This document shows positions 14,325 to 27,320 of a stretch of DNA of 64,000 bases, in pieces; the stretch's first letter is position 1, and every line of letters starts with the position of its first letter. The position numbers and the translations under genes are program-made. Under the pieces are notes generated by a model, which was not told the DNA's origin, made no database searches, and saw only the letters and a list, made by a program, of their open reading frames with translations. The stretch comes from the human T2T-CHM13v2.0 reference genome, Homo sapiens, in the NCBI RefSeq assembly GCF_009914755.1, contig NC_060934.1; one strand, given 5' to 3'.

Positions 14325-15350
14325 TTATGCTCCTGGCCCCTCCCAAATGTCATGTCTTCACATTTCAAAACCAATCAAATCCACAGTCCAATGTCTCATC
14401 TGAGACAAGGCCTATGAGCCTGTAAAATCAAAAGCAAGTTAGTTACTTCCTAGATACCATAAGGGTACAGGCATTGGGTAAATATAACCATTCCAAATGG
14501 GAGAAATTGGCCAAAATAACGGGGCTACAGGCCCCATGCAAGTCCAAAATCCAGCAGGAGAGTCAAATCTTAAAGCTCAAAAATGACCTCCTTTTGACTC
14601 CATGTCTTGCATCCAGGTCTTGCTGATGCAAGAGTTGGGTTCCCATGGTCTTGGGCAGCTCCACCCCTGTGGCTTTGCAGGTTGTAGCCCCACTCCTGGC
14701 TGCTTTCATGGGCTGGCATTGAGTGTCTGTGGCTTTTCCAGGTGCACAGTGCAAGCTGTCAGTGGATCTACCATTCTAGGGTCCAGAGGACAGTGGCCCT
14801 CTCCTCACAGCTCCACTAGGTGGTGCCTCAGTAGGGACTCTGTGTGGTGGCTCCTAGCCCACATTTCCCTTCCACACTGCCCTAGCAGAGGTTCTCCATG
14901 AGACCCCACCCCTGCAGCAAACTCCTGCCTGGGCATCCAGGCATTTCCATAAATCCTCTGAAATCTAGGTGGAGGTTCCCAAACCTCAATTCTTGACTTC
15001 TGTGTACCCACAGGCTCAACACCATGTGGAAGTTGCCAAGGCTTGGCACACAGCAGAAGGACCCTAAGCCTGGCCCATGAAACCATTTTTTCCTCCTAAA
15101 CCTCTGGGCCTGTAATGGGACAGGTTGCTTCAAAGGTCTCTTACATGCCCTGGAGACATATTCCCCATTGTCTTGGCAATTAATATTTGACTCCTCATTA
15201 ATTATGCAAATTTCTTCTGCTGGCTTGAATTTCTCCTCAGAAAATGAGATTTTCTTTTCTATCACATTACCAGGCTGCAAATTTTCCAAACTTTAATGCT
15301 CTGATTCCCTTTGAAAACTGAATGCCTTTAACAGCACCCAAATCAACTCT
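14325..15350 (-). mobile_element. THE1B internal region, truncated (second LTR absent)
   Basis: 'cctggcccctcccaaat...gagcctgtaaaatcaaaagcaagttagttacttcctagatac...gggcagctccacccctgtggctttgcagg' is THE1-int. Confidence 0.9.
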
Positions 15351-15499
15351 TAGGTTGTGACAAACCATTAATTTCTTCAAAAGACCTAATACACCAGGAT
15401 TAGTGAAGCAAGCTGTAGTAACTGTTGCCTCTTGAATGCACAGTTGAGGCACTGCTTGAATTGACATTCTCTGAGTGTTGGGCAATACTTTTAAACCTA

Positions 15500-16385
<886 letters not shown>

Positions 16386-16623
16386 AGGCATATATTTCTG
16401 GTAGAAATATAACCCAAATTGGCTTTTGCATATAAGGTAATATATTGGCCATATTAATTAATAAAATAAAAAATTGATCCATGGTTCAAATAGTTTTATT
16501 AGTAACTCAACAAGTAATTATAATTCTTTTCATATTTCTCTTCTACGTTTATTTTGTGATGGCTTTATTTCAAAGCAGGTTCACATGCATGGTGGCCCAT
16601 TGCAGCTACAGGTGTACAGCAAA

Positions 16624-16991
16624 TATGCAGCCATAAAAAATGATGAGTTCATGTCCTTTGTAGGGACATGGATGAAATTGGAAACCATCATTCTCAGTAA
16701 ACTATCGCAAGAACAAAAAACCAAACACCGCATATTCTCACTCATAGGTGGGAATTGAACAATGAGATCACATGGACACAGGAAGGGGAATATCACACTC
16801 TGGGGACTGTGGTGGGGTCGGGGGAGGGGGGAGGGATAGCATTGGGAGATATACCTAATGCTAGATGACACGTTAGTGGGTGCAGCGCACCAGCATAGCA
16901 CATGTATACATATGTAACTAACCTGCACAATGTGCACATGTACCCTAAAACTTAGAGTATAATAAAAAAAAAAAAATTAAAAAAAAAAAAA
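16624..16991 (+). mobile_element. L1HS (pre-Ta) 5'-truncated insertion
   Basis: Near-perfect L1HS 3' end; diagnostic ACG at 16870-16872 (gatgacACGttag) and G at 16955 (aacttaGagtat); poly(A) 16964-16991. Confidence 0.92.
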
Positions 16992-17094
16992 GTGTCAAGT
17001 TTGGAAGTGATTTTTTTTTTCTTCCACATTTCTAACAGAAGACCTAGAAATGAATCTTGACTTCTACAGTGCATTAAGGCACTGGACTTAGATT

Positions 17095-17190
17095 AGATCT
17101 CTCTCAGAAAACATAACCTAAAACGAGAGTTTGTGTACAGGTAGTTTCTTTGGGCAGTAATCCCATGTAACAGGAGTAGGGGAACTGGCT
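17095..17190 (-). mobile_element. LTR16-family fragment
   Basis: 'gtgtacaggtagtttctttgggcagtaatcccatgtaacaggagtagggg' resembles the motif seen at 13550-13600. Confidence 0.5.
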
Positions 17191-19030
17191 TTTATTTCAC
17201 AGGTTAAGATACCAACGGCAGAGTTCTGCCAAACTCTATATCCCAATTACAAATAAAGGTTCTGGGATGAGTCATTTACCTATGGAACTTAGTATGAGAT
17301 TAACTTGGGTCAGTACTCCACTTAAAATCTGCCTACCAGTAGTCCACATTCTAGGTGCTACTATGCCTATTCCAGAGCACTGACTGATATCAATCCTAAT
17401 TCAGACACTCTACCAATAACCATTGGTAATGATAGGCAGGCTCCTTTCTCTGGAATACAGTTTTTCTCATAAGTCACCACAGGCCCCTGTGGAAAAGTAA
17501 TGGGATATTAAATATCATCCATATAAGCAGTGGTATTGCAGAGTCCTTCCTAAAGCAGACACAGCCTCCTCTTCAATCAATGAGAACTGGATTACATTTG
17601 AAACTCAGTGAGAAGTCATGATTTTTCAGCCAGCCTTCTATTCACCAGCTCTTATGTCCATCCCCTACTCAGCATTATATTCAGCTTCATTGGTCAAGCA
17701 CCCTTAGGTTCATTCTGACAAGTGGTTCTCTGATTTCTTCCAGTAAATAATAGCCAAATATTGCAATATTGCAGGAGGTGGAGGAGTGTATACTACTTTC
17801 TTCTACAGTATGCATTGTATTTCTCTACTTGGATGATGCTGTAATGTGCTCATATTTACTAGTATGGATGCAAGAGGGAAGCTGAGGAATATTGAGAAAG
17901 GCAGGCATCTATTTGTTAGGTATCTGACTTAGGGGAAGTATTGACCACATCTCAAGGCCACTTCTTGTAAGGAGAAGGTTGCTGCTACTTCTGGCTGTGT
18001 GGGATTAGGGAAATATGGGTGCTATGGTTTGGATGTTTGTCCTTTCAAACCTGTTGAAACTTGATTCTGTGTGTTAGAGGAGGGTGCCTAATGGCAAGTG
18101 TTTGGGTCACTGAGAAGGATCCCTCATGAATAGATTACTGACCTCTCTTGGGAGTGAGAGAGTTCTCACTCCCTTCATTCCTACAAAAGCTGGCTGTTAA
18201 AGAGCTTGGCACCGTCCCCTCTGTCTCTCTTGCCCCCTCTCTCACCATGTGATCTCTTCACACACTGGCTCCCTTTTGCCTTTCATCATGAGTAGAAACA
18301 GCCCGACACCCTCACCAGATGAAGATGCCCAATTTTGCACTTTCTAGCACAGAATCATGAGCCAAGTAAGTGATTTTTCTTCATAAGTTACCTAGCCTCT
18401 GTATTCCTTTATAGCCACATAAAATGAACTAAAACCATAGGCATTTACTTCACTTATGCTTATCTATTCAAATATCCCCAGCTCAACACTCAAGATCTCA
18501 CTTGTGTCTTCCTATAATTCTGATTGTATCCTAACAAATTTATTGAGGCTTTCCATTTACTCAACTTTGTAGCTACACTAGTTTTACAGTTAGATCCTAA
18601 GTGCAATATTTAGCACAGTCACCCTGTTGCTTCAGGAGCGAAGGATCTATTTAGATGCTTCCCTGGAGTCATTCTAGCTCCCATGTTATGCCTTCAATGA
18701 ATAGCTAGCTAGCTTTGTGTGTGTGATATTCATTTCTCATATCTTCTAAAGCTGCCAATCAACTTTATACCATTTATACTTTAATTGCTTGCATATGGTT
18801 TTAATATCAGCATTCAATATAAGCTGATGTGTCCCCTTCATCCCATCTCAATTTACTACCAGTGACAATCCTGGCGATCATGATGCTTTTATGTCAGGTG
18901 CTGTCACCATTCTACTTACCACTAGTTTTGGGAGACATCGTTGTTGAACTATGAGTAGTCCAATTTCATAACCCAGACCCAAAGCTTTGCTTTTTAGGGT
19001 ACTTTCCATTTAAACACTCTGATATCTGGC
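17190..19030 (-). mobile_element. ERV3-16A3/ERVL internal relic (gag-pro part), interrupted by an MST LTR
   Basis: The antisense strand recalls the ERVL protease/gag and leader regions and abuts the LTR16 at 19031; no ORF left. Confidence 0.55.
18020..18436 (+). mobile_element. MSTB-like MaLR solo LTR
   Basis: tgctatggtttggatgtttgtcc start; 'ggatccctcatgaatagatta', 'gagttctcact'; TSD atggg/atagg. Confidence 0.88.
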
Positions 19031-19540
19031 TCGTCTTAAAAGAAGAGCCTGAGGTAAGGACTTGCAAGCAGTTAGTATCTTGGGGAAGTGACAGCAAGGA
19101 ATTAAAGATGAGGATTTCCAAGAGTGAAAAATTGAAAGAAGGCAAGCGAATTCAAGGATGAGTTATTGAGTTTATCACAACTGTAACTTAACCCCACTAT
19201 AGATCCTCTGCAGTGTCATTTAAAATAAAGATAGGAATTTTCCACCCAAGGTGCAGACAGGGGCTATTATCCCCTTGCTCTATTTCTCATTGATCATTTT
19301 TTCTCACTGGAGTGTTAAATCTCTTCTATGTCCAGATTTGTGCATGCATCAAAATGTTTGGGTGGTTTTGAACAGGTATCCAATTCAGAGTTGGCAGACA
19401 TATTTTGGGGTAGAAACAAGCAACTCAGAGGAGGCACTAACAACTTATAACTACATGCAACTGGTTGCTGCAGCAATGGCTAGAATAAACAAGTGGATGG
19501 ACTAGGAAATGGGAAGTTTGAGTAACAGTGATATCTCATG
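19031..19540 (-). mobile_element. LTR16-family LTR (5' LTR of the ERV3-16A3-like relic)
   Basis: 'agagcctgaggtaaggacttgcaagcag...ggggaagtgac...ctggttgctgcagcaatggctagaataa' resembles LTR16A. Confidence 0.6.
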
Positions 19541-20244
19541 GAGCACATATCTCCACTCATGCATAGAGTGTGGGACAAATGTTTTTTCCTTCAGGTTCTT
19601 TGTTAACACAATCTCCAGTGCCTGTTTTGGGAGTTTACAAATGCTTACATAATTTTATGTCAAGGAACCACTCTCTTCCTGCTGCCTGAAATTCTTCATT
19701 TCACGTTTTCACAAAATCTACAACCTTCATGGTTGTTGCCTTTTCTCTAGCCAGTGTACCTTTTTCCATTTCAACAGTTACTTATGTTAAATCTTTCATG
19801 TGCAATGATATTGAGGAGATCCAGTGATTAACCAGAGATATACCTCACCTTCACATTGCTTTGAAATCACTAGAGAGAAAACATTATCAGAACTTTCATA
19901 CTGTCATATTTTTCTTACTCTTATTTCTGGCAACACATTTTGTGTCCTTGAGTTAAAGGATACTATTCCAGGGCTTCAGGAATGAAATAAAAAACAAAGC
20001 AAAAAAATTGAGACATGATTTGGCTTCTCAGAGGTTTAATTTGGTCAAACACAGACTGAAAACTTTGGGATATTAATTCAATCAGTTGGAGAAAAGTTAC
20101 CAGGCATTGAAGATAAAGTCTAGACTCAAAAATTCAGGTCCTTTGGGAGAGCAGAAGTATAGAGGTGGACCTTATTCTAGGTCAGGGAACAAATGCTCTT
20201 GGGGAATTTTTTTTTAATGGCAGAAACATATCATTTTCAGAGTT

Positions 20245-20410
20245 GACATGGGGAGGAGTGTGGGAGGAGGGAGAGGATCAAAAAAAATGACTAACAGGTA
20301 CTAGGCTTAATAGATGGGTGATGAAATAATCTGTACAACGAATGCCCATGACACAAATGTATTTATGTAGCAAACCTTCACATGTACCCCTGAACTTAAA
20401 ACAAAGAAAG
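20245..20410 (+). mobile_element. L1 3' UTR fragment (L1PA15/16-like)
   Basis: 'ggtactaggcttaatag...gggtgatgaaataatctgtacaac...catgtacccctgaacttaaaa'. Confidence 0.85.
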
Positions 20411-20868
20411 GGAGGTTTCAACTATTATCAATGGATTTAAAAATCCAATAGTGATTGATACTTTGTGAGACAGAAATTTGAATTTGAAATACCAGCTAAG
20501 CTAAGTTGCAGCCTCGCCTCTGCCCAGCGTCCAAGTTGAAACACATGAAAAGACAGCATGGTGGGTGTCAGAGGCCTAAGTTTTTCATGCGTTTATGGAA
20601 AGCAGCTGATTTCCAAAGCAGAAACAGTGATCCATGTTGATCCTGGATCCCCTCTGGAACAAGAATAGGGAAAGGTAGGCAAGGATGGTGAATATGTGCC
20701 AAATTAAAACAAGCAATGAATCTACCTGGACCTTATACTGAAAGGGTCTGTGAGGCCATTCCTTGGCTGAGTGCAAAATAGTTCCATGGTTGATTAGTGG
20801 TGAGTGACAGCGGAGTGAACATCAGCACAAGTGACATATAATTAACATCCCTGATAAGGGCAACATAA

Positions 20869-21385
20869 ATGTTATCTTGGTATGGGTTCCCCTTAACGCT
20901 TATCATAAGAGAAAGCCTTATGAGAAGGTAGTTTATTTATGAATGAAATTTCACAGAGCAGGTGTAAGGGGATGGGAAAATGAAGAGGAAAAAAGTGAAG
21001 CCAATACAAGAGCAAAGTGTTGATTTGGCCATTGTTAGGTAGGCTGATCTTCAGGCACATTCTGGGGAACTTATGAGTCTCAACATTCCCTTCTCAGGGA
21101 ATGAAAGGTGAAAGCATGCATTTTTAAGCCCCTGGCTCATTGGTCAAGAGTAACCTCCAACCATTGATTCACTGAACTTTTGTGTTGTGTGTTCATGAGG
21201 TCAAATAAGTTATTGTCAGTATCCCAGGCCACAACTGCATTAAGCAAGTGGTAAGAGGCCCAGGGCCTGGGGAAGAACTTGAACAAATCTGCACAAAGTC
21301 TTGTTGAACTGGGGACCACAACTATGACTGAAATCAGATAAAGGGCTGGGAAGAAAAAGTAGTGCACAGGAGGTTCTTGATACGT
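20869..21385 (-). mobile_element. LTR16-family solo LTR
   Basis: 'gggttcccc...aggtagtttattt...gaagccaatacaag...cattggtcaagag' pattern. Confidence 0.55.
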
Positions 21386-23154
21386 ATATTCTGGCATCAC
21401 TCTTTCTCTTCTTATTTTTTGCAACAAGCCTATGCTGACTCTATGAATAAAACTTGACCAAATCTTACCAGTTTAAGGGAGTATGCACACAAACAGTAAC
21501 ATTCACAAGCATAATATTGCTTGGGATTTGCCCAAGTCCGGATTTCATATTTGAGTAGTAAATCATGCCATTCAAGCTTAGGACACAACTGCTAAAAGGC
21601 AACAGTGTCAGTGAAATAAAATGAACAGTGCTGCATGCTAACAAAATGAGGGAAATCCCTTATTCTCTATTTTTAAAAAGATACTAGCCTGACCCATATT
21701 TATTATTTTTTCTGAAAAAATTTGTTTTCCCAGAAGCTTTTGAAAAGCACTCCAACAGTAATGTAGCAGAAAAATGATAGATGTTGAGAAATTAAAGTGC
21801 TCTGGGTTATAAACTTGTACGTCTTTGTTTCCCATGCTCTTTTGATGAGCTTGCAAAGTTTTAGAACTCTTTAATTTAAGATGAAGTGGTTTTATTTCTC
21901 TCAGATACAGTGGAAATAGTTTCCTTATCTATCATTAGAATGGTTTAATACTTTCATTAATCCACACATCATAAAGCATAAGGGGAGTTTTATACCGACT
22001 CCAATCAGTCATTGTGCCTGCTTCAGAATGGAAAACGGTTGTTTTCTGCTGATTCTAAGACAGACTTAAGGCTAGTATCTTCATGAGCCATCACAATTAG
22101 AAAAGCAAGATGAAGACATAAAAATGCTGTTATCATCTCCTCTCCCTTGGCATAATTTGGATTATTGCTATAAGCTGCAGAATATTTGCAAATATATCAG
22201 GGATCCTTGAATTTGTGGCAAGACATAAATATGGGATATCGAGAGGCACCAGGGCTGCCTCTGGGGCGTGGAGGATTGGTTTCCTGATACCATCTAGAGA
22301 AAACCTTTGAGACTGAGCATCTCATCCTCCTGTTCCATGGCCAAGAAGGTAGGTCAGGTTTGAAACTAGGCAGCTATGTCATGGTACAGGAGTTTCAGCC
22401 ACTGTTCCTGCACAAACTCCACTGATGTTCTTATTTCACTGGTCTACTGAAAATAATATATTCGGAATACCTTTCCTCTTCTGACATAGAGCACTTGGTT
22501 TTCTATCCAAAATGGGCTAGAAAGAGGAAACAGGCATCTATAATATATATTAGTAAAATTTTCAGTCCTCAGTGATATGGATTCCAATGAAGGTAATCAC
22601 CAATTACCTTAGGTGATTATTTACTCTGGTGTAATTGAAAGGAGAGAGTGTGCTAAGAAGAAGACGACACTGAAGAGCCGGCAGACTAGTCAGAATTCAC
22701 AGCAGCAAGACTCTGAATACTAAAACACAGACTGTCCTCATGCAATTCCTAGTGCACGAATCCCAGCCTTACTGCACAATTATAAATGGCGTACCCTAGG
22801 CATCCTAATAAATGGTATGGGTCTTAGCACTGAGGAACAAAAATGGAGAACTTAGAAAAAAGCACAAAGAATAAAGGGTCAAAGGAAAGAAGAAAATATA
22901 GGTCAGGGATGGCAAACGTACAGCCCTCCCCTGTCCCACACACGGCAAAAAGCATGTATCCTTATCCCAAACTCCAAAGACACTAAGTCCTAATCCTGGA
23001 GAAATAAAGGCTATCTAGAGAAGAGGAATTATATAAATGACCAAGAAAATGTCCTTCCCTCCATTTGTAGAACGTTCTTGGTTTAAAAGACCATTTGTAA
23101 TCTTACATATGTGCTGCCTCAAGTGCTTGCATCTTCATGCTTTAATAATATCTT

Positions 23155-23310
23155 AGTTACATATGATGTTTTAAATTTTCGAGGTATTTTCACATAAATT
23201 ACTGGCTTAATTTTTTACAACCATCCTGTAAAGTAAGGCAGGTATGATTGATTGTTCTGATTCAAAGAGTTAAAATAAGTGAGGCTCAAAGAAGTTAAGT
23301 GACCTTTCAA
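23155..23310 (-). mobile_element. MIR/MIR3 fragment
   Basis: 'tacaaccatcctgtaaagtaagg...gtgaggctcaaagaagttaagtgacc'. Confidence 0.6.
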
Positions 23311-25149
23311 TTTTACATTTTTTTAGAAACTGGAGGAGCGACGATCAAAGCACTTGGCTTCCCTGTATCATCTGTATTGAAGTAATTGTCCAAGATTGAT
23401 TTAAAGAGAAAAAATATGTCTGTGGCTAAAAGCAAGTTGGAAATCATTAAAGTAAACATTTTTAAAAGTGCTTTCCAGAGAGGAACAAGAGAGATACTTC
23501 CCAGGTTTCCTGAAGTCTTAGTTGTGACCTATTTGGATTTGAAAGCAGCCTTAGGTAATCTAACAATTTTGTCCCCAGTCAGAACATTATGTAATAGTGT
23601 ACCACGGGTGAAAAGAATACTTCTGTTTTTTCAAGACAATAGTTTTATTCACTGAGACCTGAATTACTCTTTTAGCTGACATACGTGGAATGGCTACAAG
23701 TGCTATTCTGCACCAAAAAAATACCTGGCCTCGTCAAAACTATGAAACAAGTTCCACACAATCATTGCCTGCAGGTATGCATTTTGTATTGCTGAAATAC
23801 GCTAATCCATTTGTGTATACACTGTTGGCTTCTAGTTTCAGGAAGTAACTAGGGTAAAAATTTTTGAGTTACTTTCTGTTCTCAAATCCACAATTGACTC
23901 CTGAAATTGTGTGCTCAATTTCTTGGTAGAATGAAATAATACTACATATTTTCTTTACAGGAGGAAAATGAATTCAGTAGAAAAAAATAAATCTAATGGG
24001 GATATATCATTCAGTGAAGTCTTCCTCTGATGAAGAACTTAAGGTTCCCCTAACTTATCACTGTAAGAAAAGAGTTATGGTAAGACACACTTTTTCCATG
24101 TTAGTCTTGAAGCATAACCATTAGTACCTATTTACAGATCATCTGTTGAGTGTATACTGTGCTAGGTTGTCTGTTTTTCTTTATCTGCCAAGATATTTGG
24201 AACAACTTGTGGTGCAGGGACTCTAAGTGGCTCAAGTAATTCCTTTCACTAGAGGAATATTTTGAGAAATTATATTATATTTTGGCTTTATTGATCTAAT
24301 GCAGGCAAGGTTACTTTGTCTCCAGGTGACAAAATAAATTTGGAATCTCTACAGTATTATGAAAGAAGCCCTGAGCATAGATTAGGGAGACTGGAGGTAA
24401 AAGGTGGAACTAGGAAAGAAGAACGGAGAGGCAGACCTACAGTTAGGAAGGAAGCTGAAAGAAAACGAAAACCACTGAATTTATAATGGAGAATTTTAAA
24501 ATAGGGTGGTAGGGTATTCCTTGGATTTACCTATCCCTAAAGTTATACACTAACTAAAAATTGTTGGATTGTTCACCAGGCATTCAAGAACTAATGCCAG
24601 ATGGAGGGGATGCCAGGCTGTGTGCACACATAAACACACTTTTTTTTTTTCAATGAGCTGCAGAATTTAATCCAAATGTTGTAACTTGACATGCATGGCC
24701 ACTCACCATCAGCCTTGTCACCTGCCATTTTTCCATTTTTCTCCCTATGTTCCAACCAGAAAAGGCCTCATGGGAAACTAGCTGTCCAGGACACTAATCT
24801 ATAAAGAGCACTAAAATAAGGCTTAAGTTGTTATTAAAAAAAAAAAAACTATTTTACTAACAGCAGCTCATTTCAGAATAATTTTACATTGGTTCCAAGT
24901 AATATTTTGCTGGGCTGCTTTGAGTCTATGCTGAAACATCCAAAATGCAAGCCTGAATTTCATCCTCTGGCCACTATAATTCCATCTATGATGAGCGTAA
25001 CCAAGGAATGAAGTTTGGCTAGAGGTGAATTCAGGGTAGAGGCGTACTTTTCACTATAAGTTAAACCAAGCAGCTGCTTAACAATCCCCCTCCTTGACCT
25101 TTATCCCAATTAACAATAAGCCAGAACTTTTAAAATAAATCAATATGCC

Positions 25150-25178
25150 TGTGTGTGTGTGTGTTTGTATGTGTGTGT
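25150..25178. repeat. (TG)n microsatellite, imperfect
   Basis: Direct inspection. Confidence 0.85.
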
Positions 25179-25554
25179 ATTTATATTAATATCAATTTAT
25201 TCATAATTGTCTAAAGGGTCAACTGGCTATTAACCTGTTCATGTCCCTACCTGCATTTATTGGGCCCTAGTCCAATTACACTGAAGCCCCCACCCCCATC
25301 TCCCCCACATTCCTTCAACATTCTGGGTACTTCGTTGTCCTTGTCCATCCTCCTCCATGAGAATAGAACACATTTAAAGTTCCCACCGCTCCCACTTGGG
25401 TCATAGCCAATAATATCATTTTTCTACTCAGTGACTCTGCATAAAACACACCAGCTTTTCCTGTTGGCTCCATTTGCTTCTTCCCCTGGAATCTCATTGC
25501 ACTTGGTTCAGATCTCAGTTTTATCATTTATCAGGCTAATTGCAAAGACTCTTT

Positions 25555-25680
25555 TCTGTAATAGGCTTTGAGTTCCCCATGGACAAGGGGAACATCTTAT
25601 CAGTTTTTGTAACCCTGGTGCCTAACCCAGAACCTAGCACTGGAGAGGTGGTCTATAAGTGTCTGTTAAATTAATTCTTA
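25555..25680 (+). mobile_element. L2 3' end
   Basis: 'tgagttcccc...ggtgcctaacccagaacctagcac...tataagtgtctgttaaattaa'. Confidence 0.55.
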
Positions 25681-26489
25681 AATTCTCTAATTTGGGTGGT
25701 AGTCCTGAATGAGTAGCTAACCAACTGTTTAACCTTGGAGAAGCATCTCAATTTCTGTGATGTGATGCTTCAGAAAAATAATAAAACTATCAATGTCACA
25801 CTTACTTTGAAACATTTTTTTTTTCTAAAATCAAAGAAACATGCTTTTTAGAAGGTAAGAAAGCACTCTGCAACTTCTATACTGATACTGACACACAGCA
25901 ACATAGAATAAGATTGATCAACGTCAGATCAAGGTCCAGGCTGGTACGGAGCACATTACTGTAAAAGTTCAAGGTTTAATTATAGGCCCTGTCTTCTGAC
26001 TAAAGTAAATATGAAGTTAATAAACACCACAATTTGAAATCTCAGTTCTTCCAAGGACATCTCCAAAGGGTGGCATTCATTGTCAGCAAGTGTGTGATGC
26101 TCAAAGGGCCTAGCAATTGTTCTGTGCCTGAGCATTTCTTGAGACACTCTGGAAAGTGGGAAATAAATCTTGGTATGGACGTTGAAATTAAGGCTTAATA
26201 TGGCAAAACCTGCTAAGAGGAATATAAAGAGAAATGTCAGCAAGGAAGGTGTTTCCATACCCTCTTTTGAAATGTTATATAAAGTGAATTCCACTCAAAA
26301 AGTAATAGTTTCAACCGAAATGTCTAGGCTTATTTATTATTACATTCTCTACTTCAATTATAAAAAAGAAATGAATTTAAAAATCACACTTGTTTCACTT
26401 AAATTATTATAATCATTGTCCACTGATGGTGAATATATGTTGTTTAGTTTGTCCTGAATTACAGATCAATTTATTTTAAAGGTCAAATT

Positions 26490-27320
26490 ATGGTGTGACA
26501 AATTACTCCAAAACTTAGTTGCTTAAAATAGCCACTTTATTATGCTTGTGGATTCTGCAAGTTGGAAATTTTGCTATTATTCAGCGGGGTGCTTACGTCC
26601 TTTTCATAATGTCTGGGTCTCAAAGTTGTGGGTGACTCAATGGCTGGAGGTTAAAATCTTTGAAGGGATAATTCATTGGTGCATTTGGCACCTGGATGAA
26701 ATGACTGAAAGATTAAAACTGCTAGTCCTAAAGTGTACATGTGATGAGTCCATGTGGCTTGGCCTCTCTTCAAAGCATGCATGTTTCAGCGTAGTTAGAC
26801 TTTTTATGTGGCAGCTTAAGGCTCCAAAGACAAGTGTTCCAGCAAATCAAGTAGAAGTTGCAATTGGCCTAGGAACCACGCAGTGTCTCTTCTGTTTCAT
26901 TGTACTGATTACATGCAAGTCATCTGCCCATGTAGATTCAAAGAAGAGTGATCATATTGGTGAATGTAATGTCAAAAATCCATAGGCCAAGCACAGGGGC
27001 TCAGGCCTGTAATCCCAGCACTTTGGAAGTCCAAGGCTGGAAGATTACCTGAGGCCAGGAGTTTGAGACCAGCCTGGGTAACATAGAGAAGTCCTGTCTC
27101 TATAAAAAATAAGAAAAAAAAAAAATTAGCCAGGTGTGGTGTCATGTACCCGTGGTCCCCGCCAATCAGGAGAATGAGGTAGAAGGCTTGAGCTCAGGAG
27201 GCTGTGACTAGAGTGAGCTGTAATTTTTCCACTGCACTCCAGCCTAGGAGACAGAACTCGATTCTGTCTCAAGAGAAAAAAAAAATCACAATTATTAAAA
27301 AAAAATTAAACTGCAACCAT
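26490..27320 (-). mobile_element. MLT1F-like MaLR LTR, interrupted by AluJ
   Basis: 'acaaattactccaaaacttagttgcttaaaa', 'ccatgtggcttggcct', 'gtagttagacttttta', 'gtgttccagcaaa'. Confidence 0.75.
26985..27285 (+). mobile_element. AluJ
   Basis: 'gaggccaggagtttgagaccagcctgggtaacatag', 'gcttgagctcaggag'; flanks aaaaatccata/aaaaatcaca. Confidence 0.92.

Noticed and set aside
14149-15485. Several 60-135 aa ORFs
   Set aside because: They lie in THE1B LTR/internal sequence and are broken remnants.
22590-22619. Two overlapping 8-bp-arm inverted repeats
   Set aside because: Arms this short are expected by chance in 64 kb of AT-rich DNA.
26542-26985. 147-aa ORF
   Set aside because: Lies within the antisense strand of an MLT1F-like LTR; no domain or splice support.
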